A stretch of DNA of 64,000 nucleotides from Bacillota bacterium (GCA_046483165.1 JAWODQ010000126.1:3811-67810), one strand, 5' to 3'; positions 48,722 to 60,698 are shown, counted from the stretch's first letter. Notes: a model not told the origin generated them from the sequence alone. Made by a program: numbers and translations.

Positions 48722-49683
48722 GACCCATAAAACCATCGCGCGATGTGGGAGCCAGCACCAGGGTATTCGAGGGCGTCGTCTCGGATGAAGACGATGGTAC
48801 CCGTCTCGATATCTTCCTGGCGAGAAACACCACGGAGGCCTATTCACGCACCTACCTTCAAAGCCTGATACGCGAGGGAAACATCGCGGTGGATTCGTCC
48901 GTTATATGTACGCCCTCGAGCCGGCTCGAAGAGGGTCAAAAGGTCCGGATGACGGTCCCTCCGCCCCAAGAGGGAATTCTCGAGCCGGAGGATATCCCGC
49001 TCGACGTAGTTTACGAGGACGATGACATCATCGTGATCAACAAATCTCGCGATCTGGTGGTGCATCCGGCTCCCGGGCACTATACGGGCACCTTGGTGCA
49101 CGCCCTTTTGCATCACAGTTCCAGGCTTTCCACCATAATCGACCACACGCGTCCCGGCATCGTGCATCGCTTGGATAAGGATACTACCGGGCTCATGGTC
49201 GTCGCGAAGAACGATACCTCGCACCTCAGCCTGTCCTATCAACTGCAAAAGAGGCGCATGAAGCGGGAATACCTGGCGCTGGTACACGGCGTCCCCGAGG
49301 TAGAAACGGGAACGATCGAGACTCGAATCGGTCGCGATCCGGAAACACGTTTCAAGATGAAGGTCGTCAATTCCGGAGGAAAACACGCGGTAACTCATTT
49401 CCGCGTCGACGAAGTCGTGGGGAACTCCCATGCCCTGCTCCGCTGTAACCTGGAGACGGGTCGAACACACCAAATCCGGGTACACCTGGAATTCATCGGC
49501 CATCCCGTCGTGGGCGATCCCATGTACGCGCCCGAGTGGCCCAATCACGGCTTGAGCGGGCAGGCGCTGCACGCGGTCCGTCTGACCCTGGAGCATCCCA
49601 CCACCGGCGAGACCATGGAGTTCGAGGCTTCAATGCCCGACGATATGAAGAACGTCTTGCGGCAGCTGCGTGGCGAAGGGTAG
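48718..49683 (+). CDS. rluD: 23S rRNA pseudouridine synthase RluD (RluA family, S4 domain)
   Basis: 'HRLDKDTTGLMVVAKN' is the catalytic Asp motif and an N-terminal S4-like region is present. ATGA overlap with lspA. The lspA-rluD-pyrR order matches Bacillus. Confidence 0.85.
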   Translation: MRPIKPSRDVGASTRVFEGVVSDEDDGTRLDIFLARNTTEAYSRTYLQSLIREGNIAVDSSVICTPSSRLEEGQKVRMTVPPPQEGILEPEDIPLDVVYEDDDIIVINKSRDLVVHPAPGHYTGTLVHALLHHSSRLSTIIDHTRPGIVHRLDKDTTGLMVVAKNDTSHLSLSYQLQKRRMKREYLALVHGVPEVETGTIETRIGRDPETRFKMKVVNSGGKHAVTHFRVDEVVGNSHALLRCNLETGRTHQIRVHLEFIGHPVVGDPMYAPEWPNHGLSGQALHAVRLTLEHPTTGETMEFEASMPDDMKNVLRQLRGEG

Positions 49684-49727
49684 CATTCCGAATCGGCGCA
49701 TCGGCTCTACCGGTTTTGCCGATCTGT

Positions 49728-49756
49728 TTGACAGGGATTCGTAGCTTTGCTAAGTT
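49728..49756 (+). promoter_or_regulatory. putative sigma-A promoter of the pyr operon (TTGACA, 17-nt spacer, TAAGTT)
   Basis: The hexamers and spacing were read directly from the sequence. It lies ~260 nt upstream of pyrR. Confidence 0.4.
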
Positions 49757-49923
49757 ACTTAAAGATAGAAGTGCATCCTTTAAATCGACCCGGCGAGGTC
49801 GAAAAGGAGGTGGCGAGACGGTGACCACACACACTGGAGGTCGGTGGCAACCCCGACTCCGCACCAAAAACGTATCGCCCCAAAGGCGGTACCAGACGAT
49901 CCTCCGACGGGAAGGTCATCTTC

Positions 49924-51507
<1,584 letters not shown>

Positions 51508-51509
51508 AC

Positions 51510-52805
51510 ATGGACAAAATCCTCATCAAGGGTGGACGCGTCGTGGACCCCTCGTGCGGACGAGACGGGCGCGCCGATATCTTAATCGAAGGAGAACGCA
51601 TCGGGGCGATAGGTGACCAGTTGAGCGTAGAGGGTGCCGAAATAATTGATGCCTCCGGCTGCACCGTAACTCCCGGCTTCGTCGACATGCACGTGCACCT
51701 TCGCGAACCCGGATTCGAGTACAAAGAGGATATTGCCAGCGGAACCCGGGCGGCGGCCCGCGGTGGGTTTACCTCCGTGGTTTGCATGCCCAACACCTAT
51801 CCAGTAATCGACGACGAGACGGGAGTTCGCTTCATAATCGATCGAGCCGCGCGGGACGGCGTGGTGCGCGTCTACCCCGCCGGAGCCGTAACTAAAGGGC
51901 AAAAGGGCGAGGAGATGGCGGAACTTGGATTGATGTTCGAAGCCGGGGCGAAGATGTTTAGCGACGACGGGCTCCCCGTAATCTCGGCTCGCGTGATGAG
52001 TACCGCCCTTACCTACAGCAGTATGTTCGGCGTTCCCATCTCCACGCACGAAGAAGATCCCACGTTGGCCGCCGACGGAACAGTGAACTTCGGCCGCATA
52101 TCCACGCTGCTGGGCCTCCCGGGTATGCCCGAAGAGGCCGAGACGGTGATGATCGCCAGGGATCTCGAACTGTGCCGCCGGGTCGGAGGACATCTGCACA
52201 TCGGACACGTCAGCACGGCTCGTTCCGTGGAACTGATAAGGCGCGCCAAAGAGGAAGGCGTAAACGTCACCTGCGAGGTTACACCGCATCATCTCACCCT
52301 GACGGAAGACCTGGTACGGGAATCTCAATACGATACCAATACCAAGATGAAGCCGCCCCTGAGAACCGAAAACGATCGCCAATCTCTCATAAGAGCGCTG
52401 CGCGAGGGCGTCATCGACGTCATCGCCACCGATCACGCGCCCCACAGCTTCGACGACAAGGACAAAGAATACATCTTCGCGGACAACGGTATCACCGGAC
52501 TGGAAACGGCTTTCGCCCTCCTTCACGATCGGCTGGTTCTCCCCGGAGATATCCCCCTGGATCGCCTCATCGAGGCGATGACCGTGGCCCCGGCCAAACT
52601 CATGGGATTGCGCGCGGGAACCCTGTGCGAGGGAGCTCCGGCGGACGTTACCATCCTGAAGACGGATCGCGAATGGGCGGTGAACCCTGGAGACTTCGCA
52701 TCGAAGGGAAAGAATACTCCGCTGGTGGGTTGGAGCCTCACGGGTAAGGTCGAAACTGTGATAGTCGGCGGCAACGTCGTCCTGCGGGGAGGCGAATTCG
52801 CATGA
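51510..52805 (+). CDS. pyrC: dihydroorotase PyrC
   Basis: 'GFVDMHVHLREPG' is the metal-binding motif and 'DHAPH' is present. ATG 51510 lies 8 nt after GGAGGGGGA. An alternative ATG 51504 overlaps the pyrB stop. Confidence 0.9.
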   Translation: MDKILIKGGRVVDPSCGRDGRADILIEGERIGAIGDQLSVEGAEIIDASGCTVTPGFVDMHVHLREPGFEYKEDIASGTRAAARGGFTSVVCMPNTYPVIDDETGVRFIIDRAARDGVVRVYPAGAVTKGQKGEEMAELGLMFEAGAKMFSDDGLPVISARVMSTALTYSSMFGVPISTHEEDPTLAADGTVNFGRISTLLGLPGMPEEAETVMIARDLELCRRVGGHLHIGHVSTARSVELIRRAKEEGVNVTCEVTPHHLTLTEDLVRESQYDTNTKMKPPLRTENDRQSLIRALREGVIDVIATDHAPHSFDDKDKEYIFADNGITGLETAFALLHDRLVLPGDIPLDRLIEAMTVAPAKLMGLRAGTLCEGAPADVTILKTDREWAVNPGDFASKGKNTPLVGWSLTGKVETVIVGGNVVLRGGEFA

Positions 52806-53614
52806 TGGGATCCCCCAAGGGGGGCCCGGGAATCTTCGCCGCCCGGGTGGCCAGGAACATACCCGAGGGCACGGCGCGCAGGCTGGTTCTGACGACGGAT
52901 CAACGCCTGGATCCCGAGCCCGGTCAGTTTCTACAGATTGAGGTTCCCGGCGGAGGGGAGAGTGCTTACCTCCGCCGGCCGCTGAGCATCTCCGATTGGG
53001 ACGAGCACAGGCGACTCGTCGAATTGATGATACTACCCGTCGGCTACGGTACGGAGATCCTCGCCGGGCTTCGGCCGGGAACCATAATCGACTGTCTGGG
53101 CCCGCTGGGGAGAGGATTCCCCCTCGAAGATCTGGGCGAGCGACCGATACTGATCGCTGGGGGCATAGGGTCGGCACCCCTGATCTACCTGGCGAGAAAA
53201 CTGGTCGAGATGGGTCGTCCGCCCCGGGTTTTTATCGGAGCCTCGGAGGCCGACCGGTTGGCCGGAGAAAAGGCGCTGGCGGCCCTAAGCTCCGAGATAG
53301 TAGTCGCCACAGAAGACGGGAGTCGGGGAGAAAGCGGGATGATTACCTGGGTCCTGGAGCGCCGACGCCCGGATCTCCGCGAGGCGACCGCCCTCGCGGC
53401 CTGCGGGCCCCGTGGCATGCTCGCGGCGGTCAAGGCCCTCGGAGCGAAGATGGGAATACCCACCTACGGATCCCTGGAGGAGCGCATGGCCTGCGGCGTG
53501 GGGGCCTGTTTGGGTTGCGCCGTCCCGCTGGCGAATCCCGAGGCGGGCAAGCAATACGTGCGCGTCTGCGCCGACGGCCCGGTATTCCCCCTGGAGGAGG
53601 TGGTGCTTTCGTGA
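52802..53614 (+). CDS. pyrK: dihydroorotate dehydrogenase electron-transfer subunit PyrK
   Basis: An FAD/NAD-binding FNR-like fold 'RRPLSIS' and a C-terminal 2Fe-2S motif 'CGVGACLGCAV' are present. ATGA overlap with pyrC. Confidence 0.85.
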   Translation: MMGSPKGGPGIFAARVARNIPEGTARRLVLTTDQRLDPEPGQFLQIEVPGGGESAYLRRPLSISDWDEHRRLVELMILPVGYGTEILAGLRPGTIIDCLGPLGRGFPLEDLGERPILIAGGIGSAPLIYLARKLVEMGRPPRVFIGASEADRLAGEKALAALSSEIVVATEDGSRGESGMITWVLERRRPDLREATALAACGPRGMLAAVKALGAKMGIPTYGSLEERMACGVGACLGCAVPLANPEAGKQYVRVCADGPVFPLEEVVLS

Positions 53615-54513
53615 AGCGAGGACTATCTACCCAATTCGCGGGGATGGAGCTGTCGAACCCGCTCGTGGCAGTATCGGGCACCTTCGGCTACGGTTTCGAT
53701 TACGAGCCCCTGGTGCCACCGGAAACCTTCGGTGCCGTCGTGGTGAAGGGCACCTCCTTGGAGCCGTGGCCGGGCAACCCACCACCGAGAATAGTCGAAA
53801 CTCCCGCCGGGATGCTGAACTCCATAGGCTTGGAAAACCCCGGCGTGGACGTATTCTTACGCGAGTACTTGCCCCGACTATCGGAACGCGATACGCACGT
53901 GATCGTAAACGTCGTAGGCAAGACGGTGGAAGAATACGTCGAGGTATCACGCCGGCTTCGAGGAGTATCCGGAGTGGACGCCCTGGAACTCAACATCAGC
54001 TGCCCCAACGTCAGGGCCGGTGGAATGAGTTTCGGAACTTCGGCCGCGGCCATAGAGGAATTGGTCGGCTCGGTCAGAGATGCCACCGACGCGACCTTAA
54101 TTGTAAAGCTGACTCCCAACGTGACGGATCTCGCAGAGATGGTGCGGGCCGCCGAGGGTGCTGGAGCGGATGCCATAAGCCTGATAAACACACTCCTCGG
54201 GATGGAAATTGACGTCGAGCGAGGGGAGCCCGTCCTGGCCAACGTGGTCGGCGGCCTTTCCGGACCGGCGATCAGGCCGGTGGCGCTAAGATGTGTGTAC
54301 CAGGCGCGCGCGGCAACCTCACTTCCCATCCTGGGTCTCGGCGGGGTATCTTCGGCACGAGACGTCCTCGCTTTCATCATGGCCGGGGCCACCGCCGTGG
54401 GAATCGGTACAGCCATGTTTGCCGATCCCCTCGCACCCGCACGAATAGTCGACGAGTTGCGGACGTATCGGGCGAAGTTCGACGAGTGGCCCGTTGGGAG
54501 GGCGCACAAATGA
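53611..54513 (+). CDS. pyrD: dihydroorotate dehydrogenase catalytic subunit PyrD (class 1B)
   Basis: 'NPLVAVSGTFGYG' and 'NISCPN' (catalytic Cys) are present. GTGA overlap with pyrK. Confidence 0.9.
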   Translation: MKRGLSTQFAGMELSNPLVAVSGTFGYGFDYEPLVPPETFGAVVVKGTSLEPWPGNPPPRIVETPAGMLNSIGLENPGVDVFLREYLPRLSERDTHVIVNVVGKTVEEYVEVSRRLRGVSGVDALELNISCPNVRAGGMSFGTSAAAIEELVGSVRDATDATLIVKLTPNVTDLAEMVRAAEGAGADAISLINTLLGMEIDVERGEPVLANVVGGLSGPAIRPVALRCVYQARAATSLPILGLGGVSSARDVLAFIMAGATAVGIGTAMFADPLAPARIVDELRTYRAKFDEWPVGRAHK

Positions 54514-55217
54514 AAGCAGCAGAGAGAATCATAGTGGCGTTGGATACCCCGGATATCGAGATAGCTCGCGGATTGGTGGAGGTTTTAACCCCGGAATTCG
54601 GCCATTTCAAGACGGGACTGGAATTCTTCTGCTCCGGTGGACCCGAGGCAGTAAGAAATCTGCAGACCTCCGGCGCGGAATTGTTTCTGGATCTCAAGTT
54701 GCACGACATACCGAACACCGTCGGAGGCGCCGCCCGCGCGCTGGGCGAACTCGGCGTGTGGATGACCAACCTGCATGCCTCCGGCGGTCCCGAAATGATG
54801 CGCACGGCCCGCGAGGCACTTCCCGACGCCCTCCTTCTGGCCGTCACCGTGCTGACGAGCTTTGCGGAGGAGGATTTTCGCAGCTACGTCGGCACCTCGA
54901 CCACGGTGGAAGATACGGTGAGGCGCTGGGCCGTGGCAGCGAAGGAATCTGGCCTGGATGGAGTCGTGTGCTCTCCCAAAGAGATCGTGGCCGTCAGAGA
55001 AGAGATAGGGAAGGATTTCCTGATAGTAACCCCCGGTATTCGCCCGAGGTGGGCGGCTAAAGGAGATCAGCGCCGGGTGACTACTCCGGCCGAAGCCCTG
55101 GAACTCGGAGCCGATTACCTGGTCATCGGGAGACCGATTACGGCCTCCCCCGATCCGAGGGAAGCGGCGGAACGAATCGCGAAAGAAATCGAGGGGAGTG
55201 GCGTATATGACTACTGA
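54510..55217 (+). CDS. pyrF: orotidine 5'-phosphate decarboxylase PyrF
   Basis: 'IIVALD' and 'FLDLKLHDIPNT' are active-site motifs. ATGA overlap with pyrD. Confidence 0.9.
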   Translation: MKAAERIIVALDTPDIEIARGLVEVLTPEFGHFKTGLEFFCSGGPEAVRNLQTSGAELFLDLKLHDIPNTVGGAARALGELGVWMTNLHASGGPEMMRTAREALPDALLLAVTVLTSFAEEDFRSYVGTSTTVEDTVRRWAVAAKESGLDGVVCSPKEIVAVREEIGKDFLIVTPGIRPRWAAKGDQRRVTTPAEALELGADYLVIGRPITASPDPREAAERIAKEIEGSGVYDY

Positions 55218-55815
55218 GAATCGGTGGGACAAATTGCGTAGGATGGACGAGGAGGAGATCCTCTCGGTATTCCGGAAGACCGGGGTACTCCTCGAGGGGC
55301 ATTTTCGACTGACTTCGGGTAAGCACAGCCCGCGCTTTTTGCAATGCGCACAGGTTCTTCGCTATCCGGATTACGCGGGACAGCTGACGGGGCTGATGGC
55401 GGAGCCCTTCAAGGATGTCGAGATAGACAAGGTGGTGGGTCCGGCCCTCGGCGGAATCATCTTGAGTTACGAGGTGGCCCGCTGGCTGGATAAGGAAGCC
55501 ATATTCACCGAGCGTCAGGACGGCGAGATGAAGTTGCGCCGGGGTTTCACTGTGGAGCCGGGGGAGAAGGTGCTGGTCGTGGAGGATGCCGTCTCGACCG
55601 GCGGATCGGTCAACTCCGTGATGGAAATCTGTTCTCAACGCCAGGCGGACATAGTCGGGGTCAGTGTGCTGGTGGATCGCAGCGGTGGAAGGGCGGAATT
55701 CGGTGTGCCCTTCGAGGCGGTGGTTAGTTTGGATATCCCCGCCTACTCTCCCGCGGAATGCCCTCTGTGTCGCGAAGGCATCCCCCTGGTACACCCGAAG
55801 GACCTCGGCATGTAG
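55207..55815 (+). CDS. pyrE: orotate phosphoribosyltransferase PyrE
   Basis: The PRPP-binding 'VLVVEDAVSTGGS' is present. The start is ATG 55207, or GTG 55198, and overlaps the pyrF end. Confidence 0.9.
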   Translation: MTTENRWDKLRRMDEEEILSVFRKTGVLLEGHFRLTSGKHSPRFLQCAQVLRYPDYAGQLTGLMAEPFKDVEIDKVVGPALGGIILSYEVARWLDKEAIFTERQDGEMKLRRGFTVEPGEKVLVVEDAVSTGGSVNSVMEICSQRQADIVGVSVLVDRSGGRAEFGVPFEAVVSLDIPAYSPAECPLCREGIPLVHPKDLGM

Positions 55816-55839
55816 TAATAACCGTCGGGCGATGGATCG

Positions 55840-55897
55840 AAAACCCTCTTCGCGATGCCTCGAAAGATCAGGGCGTCACGAAGAGGGTTTTGTGATT
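55840..55897. terminator. bidirectional terminator: 13-bp arms AAAACCCTCTTCG / CGAAGAGGGTTTT with a ~26-nt loop, U-tracts on both sides
   Basis: The inverted repeat spans the rqcH stop codon and follows the pyrE stop by 25 nt. 'UUUUGUGAUUU' lies downstream on the + strand and 'UUUUCGAUCC' on the - strand. Confidence 0.55.
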
Positions 55898-57613
55898 TCG
55901 ATATATGACCATACCCGGGTGGGCTCCGCGGGGCTTCGAGACGTGTTTGACCAGGGTGTAGTCCACCGGTACATTGGAGGAATCGCGCGCCGTACTGTTT
56001 CTCGCCGCCACTTTGGCGGCCTCCTCCAGTACTTCTTTCGGCGGCTCCGCTTCTCCCCAATCCCCCGGTAGAACGACGTGGGAGCCGGCCATATCCTTCA
56101 CGTGAAACCAGAGATTATTCGGTGAGGCCACGCGCATGGTGAGATGGTCATTGCCGCGGCTGTTGCGTCCGACCAACACGCGGTGTCCGGTCTCGAGGAC
56201 GTACTCTTTGGGTTGAGGTGAGGGTCGGCGGCGGCGGCGCGGCGGGGCCTGGTCCTTAAGGTAGCCGGCCTCTTCCAATTCGGTACGAAGGTCCTGGAGA
56301 TCCGTAAGTGTCGTGGCGGAATCCAGGGCGTAAAACAGGTTCTCGATGTAGTGGATCTCTCGCTTTGCGGCGCGAAGCTGTCGTTTGGCCTTCTTCTCCG
56401 TCCTTTGCAGCCGACGATAGTCTTTGAAATACTGGGCAGCATTCTGTGACGGGGAGAGACGGGAATTCAAAGGAATCTTTCGCGCTTTTCCGTCTCGGTA
56501 GTAATCCGGGAGTTCGATTTCCTCGACTCCCTCGGGCACCATGTACATATAGGTGGTCAGCAATTCCCCGCATATCCGTTTCTCTTCCGCGCAATCGGCG
56601 CGAGCGAGGTCTTTCTTCCTGTGCTCCCACTTTCTTCGTGCCGACTCCTTGGCCGATTCCAGGGCCCGTCGCAATTCCTTCGCCAAACCTTCCATCGTCT
56701 CGATGGCATCCGAGAGCGCGTAATGCCGATCGAGCAGCACGGAGGGGGCGGAGATCCATTGAATCACGCGATCCTCGGGCGGCAGCTCCGAGGAAATGAA
56801 TCCGTATTCGCCCGGTCGAGGATAATTGGACGGCTCCTCGGGAGCTTCGAAGTGGGTCCACGGCTCCCAATTGCGTTCGTTGAGGTCCGCGCCGATTCGA
56901 TTGATGTAACGGACCAAACATCGCAGTGTCATCTCATCCCCGGGGAGTTCGCCTCCCGGATCGATAGCCGCTGCCCGAAGCACTCGACGAAAAGTCTCGG
57001 GGCCCGGCCCATCGATATTGCGGACCAGGTTCAACCAGGCGGGGATTTCGGGATCCCTCAGGGACGAGAGGTCCTCGACGCTAACCCGGGCCGGGTGAAT
57101 CGTCTTTCTTTGCGGCGGGAGACGGTAGGGATGTCCGGGCAACACGGAGCGGTGGACGTTTCTGTCCGCCGACGAAAACCTCATCGCGGTCAATATGCGA
57201 TCTTCATCGTCGGGATCCACCAAGAGGAGGTTGCTGTTGCGCCCCATGGTCTCGGCCACGAGAATTAGGGGCCGAGAGAAACCCAATTCATCCCTCGCCT
57301 CGAGATGGATCCGCGCGATACGGTCGAGACCCACCTGTTCGAAGGACTGCACTCGCGCCCGCAAGATGTGTTTGCGAAGATTCATGCAGAACGAACCCGG
57401 GTGATCGGGGTGTTCGTAGTGGCGTCGGGTCAAGTGTATTCTGGCCCCATCTCTTCGGATGGATACCAGCAAATCGCCACTCGATCCCCTTCCCCGGGTG
57501 GAGAATACCACCTCTCCGGAACGTTTGGTGGTGTGTATCTTGGTGATAGTAGCCCCGAGCAACTGATTCATCTCGTCGAGGCTGGCGGCGAGTGCGATGG
57601 CATCGAAACCCAT
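55868..57613 (-). CDS. rqcH: ribosome quality control protein RqcH (NFACT family, FbpA/YloA-like)
   Basis: An N-terminal NFACT-N region, a central coiled coil and the C-terminal NFACT-R/DUF814 motif 'KDMAGSHVVL' are present. ATG 57613 lies 9 nt after GGAGGTG. The upstream extension in the track is leader. Confidence 0.8.
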   Translation of the reverse strand: MGFDAIALAASLDEMNQLLGATITKIHTTKRSGEVVFSTRGRGSSGDLLVSIRRDGARIHLTRRHYEHPDHPGSFCMNLRKHILRARVQSFEQVGLDRIARIHLEARDELGFSRPLILVAETMGRNSNLLLVDPDDEDRILTAMRFSSADRNVHRSVLPGHPYRLPPQRKTIHPARVSVEDLSSLRDPEIPAWLNLVRNIDGPGPETFRRVLRAAAIDPGGELPGDEMTLRCLVRYINRIGADLNERNWEPWTHFEAPEEPSNYPRPGEYGFISSELPPEDRVIQWISAPSVLLDRHYALSDAIETMEGLAKELRRALESAKESARRKWEHRKKDLARADCAEEKRICGELLTTYMYMVPEGVEEIELPDYYRDGKARKIPLNSRLSPSQNAAQYFKDYRRLQRTEKKAKRQLRAAKREIHYIENLFYALDSATTLTDLQDLRTELEEAGYLKDQAPPRRRRRPSPQPKEYVLETGHRVLVGRNSRGNDHLTMRVASPNNLWFHVKDMAGSHVVLPGDWGEAEPPKEVLEEAAKVAARNSTARDSSNVPVDYTLVKHVSKPRGAHPGMVIYRNHKTLFVTP

Positions 57614-57690
57614 TTCGATCGGCACCTCCAGTATCGCGGAATGCTTACCCGCGATGCTAATGATAGTGTGCGTACAGCTCTCCGGGCAAC

Positions 57691-57719
57691 GCCGGGGCGG
57701 CCGAGCAAAAATTGACATA
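57691..57719 (+). promoter_or_regulatory. putative sigma-A promoter (TTGACA, 17-nt spacer, TATTAT) for the opine-DH/B12 operon
   Basis: The hexamers were read directly. They lie ~100 nt upstream of ATG 57818. Confidence 0.5.
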
Positions 57720-57817
57720 CGCCCTTCTTAAAGATATTATATTGGTGACGAATACATTTTTCTAACACTCCCGGCATCCCGTTCGCGATCCCGTTTCACA
57801 TAGTGAGGAGGAGCGCC

Positions 57818-58933
57818 ATGAGTAATAGTTCTGCTGGTACGCGTTTTACCGTAATCGGCGCCGGCGGTGGCGGTCAGGCCATGGCCGGATATCTGTCCCT
57901 GCAGGGTTTTCAGACGAATCTCTATAATCGGAGTTTCGAGAGAATTGAGGATCTCGCGCGGGAGGGCGGGGTTTTCATCGAAGGTGAGATCGAGGGATTC
58001 GCCCCACTCAACATGGTGACCGACGATATCGCCGCGGCGCTGGACGCCGCGGAGGTAGTCATGGTCGCGGTCCCGGCTTCGGCACATCGGGCGGTGGCGG
58101 CAAAATGCGCCCCTCACTTGCGATCGGATCACATCGTCGTGCTAAATCCCGGGAGAACCGGGGGCGCTTTGGAGTTCCGCTTCGTTTTGGATGGTTTCGG
58201 TACCACAGAAGATGTACTGGTCGCCGAAGCCCAGACCTTCATATTTGCCAGCCGGGTCGTGGGACCGGCACGGGCTCGGATCTTCGGCATCAAGCGCGTG
58301 GTTCCCGTGGCGGCACTTCCCGCCCGGAGGACCGCCGAAGTCCTGGATGCCCTGGAAGTAGCCTTTCCCCAGTTTTCTGGCGCCGAGAGCGTCCTGCAAA
58401 CCAGCCTGGATAATATCGGGGCCATCTTTCACCCCGCTCCCACGATCCTCAACGCCGCCCGGATCGAATCCGGATCTCCCTTCGAATATTACATAGAAGG
58501 GGTCAGTCCCTCCGTCGGACGCGTGCTGGAGGAAATGGACACCGAGCGACGCGAGGTAGCGCGAGCCCTCGGCGTAAAACCGCAATCGGCGGTCGATTTC
58601 CTGCGGGCCGCCTACGGAGTGGAAAGCAACAGCCTGTATCACGCCATGAGGACAAATCCCGGTTACGCCGGGATAGTCGCCCCCGGCTCCCTGCAACACC
58701 GATACATCAGCGAGGACGTACCCGCCAGCCTCGTGCCCATGGCTTCCTTCGGCGACCTGCTGGGCGTACCCACTCCTTCGATCAAATCGATGATTCACCT
58801 CGCCTGCATCATTCACGGGGTGGACTACTGGAGTCGCGGGAGAACGATAAACCGGCTCGGATTGTCCGGACTGAGCGCTGAAGAAATCAATCGGCTGGTG
58901 ATCGAAGGCGAGAGAGGACGGTTGATAGGATGA
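57818..58933 (+). CDS. NAD(P)-dependent opine dehydrogenase-family protein (OcD/ApbA-like Rossmann plus opine-DH C-terminal domain)
   Basis: 'FTVIGAGGGGQAMAGYLS' is a GxGxxG motif. The ~370-aa length and C-terminal helical domain are typical of opine/ketopantoate-reductase-like dehydrogenases. ATG 57818 lies 6 nt after GAGGAGG. Confidence 0.6.
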   Translation: MSNSSAGTRFTVIGAGGGGQAMAGYLSLQGFQTNLYNRSFERIEDLAREGGVFIEGEIEGFAPLNMVTDDIAAALDAAEVVMVAVPASAHRAVAAKCAPHLRSDHIVVLNPGRTGGALEFRFVLDGFGTTEDVLVAEAQTFIFASRVVGPARARIFGIKRVVPVAALPARRTAEVLDALEVAFPQFSGAESVLQTSLDNIGAIFHPAPTILNAARIESGSPFEYYIEGVSPSVGRVLEEMDTERREVARALGVKPQSAVDFLRAAYGVESNSLYHAMRTNPGYAGIVAPGSLQHRYISEDVPASLVPMASFGDLLGVPTPSIKSMIHLACIIHGVDYWSRGRTINRLGLSGLSAEEINRLVIEGERGRLIG

Positions 58934-60579
58934 GCGAGAATCGCGGCGACGGGGGGCAGTTCATCCTGGGTGCAACCCTGGGAGATTGTGTCCACGTCGC
59001 GGGAGTATTGAGCTTTCTTCGCCTGGCGGAATCACAGGGTTACAGGACGCACTTTATGGGAACGCGAACCTCGGTGGAAGAGCTGATGGAAGCGGCCCTC
59101 GAGTCGGATCCCGACATTATCGCCCTTAGTTTTCGCCTATCTCCCGAGGTCGCGGGCGAATTGTTCGCCGACGTAGCACATAGATTGCGAGAAGCCGGTC
59201 TCGGCGACAAGCGACTGGTTTTCGGAGGAACGGCCCCCGTCTGCCGCGTCGCGGAAGAATCGGGAATATTCGACGCCACCTTCGATGGTAACAGTACGGT
59301 AGACGAAGTGCTTTCGTATCTCGGGGGCGGGGGTAGTAGCCGGGACGAGGTGATACCACCCCAGGACCTCATCGCCCGCATCGAGGCGCGGGCTCCCCAC
59401 CCCATCATTCGTCATCACTACGGACGCCCGACCATGAAGGAGACGGAAAAGGGAATCTCCGAGATAGCCGAATCGGGCCTGCTCGACATCATATCGATAG
59501 GCCCCGACCAAAACGCTCAGGCTTCGTTTTTCCGTCCCGAAGAGCGAGATCCACGCCAGGACGGGGCCGGTGGAGTGCCCGTCAGATCTCCGGACGATTT
59601 CCGACGGCTCTGGAATGCGGCTCAAAGGGGTAACTATCCACTTCTGCGTTGCTACAGTGGCACCAGGGACGTGGAACAGTTCGCTGAGGTATTGCTGGAC
59701 ACCATCGACAACGCCTGGGCCGCCATTCCCCTCTATTGGTATAACGTGCTGGACGGCAGGGGACCGAGAGAAGTGGAAGTATCGATCCGCGAATCTCGCG
59801 AGCTGATGCGGTGGCACGCGGAACACCAGGTCCCGGTCGAAGTCAACGAAGCTCACCACTGGAGCCTTCGCGATGCCCCGGATGTGATAGCGGTGGCCGC
59901 CGCGTACCTCGCGGCCCTCAACGCCAAGGATGCCGGGGTCAAAGACTACATCGCGCAATTTATGTTCAATACGCCGCCGGGAACTTCTTTCGGCATGGAT
60001 GTGGCCAAGATGTTGGCCAAACTGGATCTGATCTCGGAACTCGAAGACGAAGACTTCAGGGTATGGCGCCAGGTCAGAACCGGGCTATTCAGTTTCCCCG
60101 CCGATCCGGATATGGCGCGGGGACAACTGGCATATTCTACCGTGGCCCAGATGACTCTGAAACCCCACATAGTTCACGTCGTCGGATACACCGAAGCGGA
60201 TCACGCTGCCGACGCGCGCGAGGTCATCGAGAGCGTCAAGATAACACGCCAGGTTATAAAGGAAAGTCTGTTCGGATTGCCCGATCCCTCGCGAGACCCG
60301 GCGGTGGCAAATCGACGCCAGGAACTGGTCCGGGAGGCCCGTTTACTCCTGGATGCCATCCGAGCCCTCGATCCCGGCAAAGAAGATGCCCTGACCGACC
60401 CCACGGTATTGGCTCGAGCGGTTCGCCTGGGTCTCATGGATGCACCACACCTCGCCGGGAATCCCGCCGCGGCCGGAAGAGTAGAAACGAGAATGATCGA
60501 CGGGGCCTGCTACGCGGTGGATCCCGATACCGGCCATCCCGTCGACGAAAAGCGACGTCTGAAGTCACTGGGTAAATGA
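58930..60579 (+). CDS. cobalamin(B12)-binding-domain protein with a large uncharacterised C-terminal domain
   Basis: The N-terminal ~130 aa resembles a B12-binding Rossmann module, with 'ILGATLGDCVHVAG' a DxHxxG-like motif in which the His is shifted by one residue. The ~400-aa C-terminal domain matches nothing recognisable. ATGA coupling to the opine-DH gene. Confidence 0.5.
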   Translation: MSENRGDGGQFILGATLGDCVHVAGVLSFLRLAESQGYRTHFMGTRTSVEELMEAALESDPDIIALSFRLSPEVAGELFADVAHRLREAGLGDKRLVFGGTAPVCRVAEESGIFDATFDGNSTVDEVLSYLGGGGSSRDEVIPPQDLIARIEARAPHPIIRHHYGRPTMKETEKGISEIAESGLLDIISIGPDQNAQASFFRPEERDPRQDGAGGVPVRSPDDFRRLWNAAQRGNYPLLRCYSGTRDVEQFAEVLLDTIDNAWAAIPLYWYNVLDGRGPREVEVSIRESRELMRWHAEHQVPVEVNEAHHWSLRDAPDVIAVAAAYLAALNAKDAGVKDYIAQFMFNTPPGTSFGMDVAKMLAKLDLISELEDEDFRVWRQVRTGLFSFPADPDMARGQLAYSTVAQMTLKPHIVHVVGYTEADHAADAREVIESVKITRQVIKESLFGLPDPSRDPAVANRRQELVREARLLLDAIRALDPGKEDALTDPTVLARAVRLGLMDAPHLAGNPAAAGRVETRMIDGACYAVDPDTGHPVDEKRRLKSLGK

Positions 60580-60698
60580 AATTATGATGGCGGGCGCCCC
60601 GCACGGCGTCCACCTTCCGCCTTCCGACGCAGCTGATTGCCTTGGGCCCATTCCACTGTCGTGGTAGAATCACCATAACTCGACGTGGGAGGTGGGGT

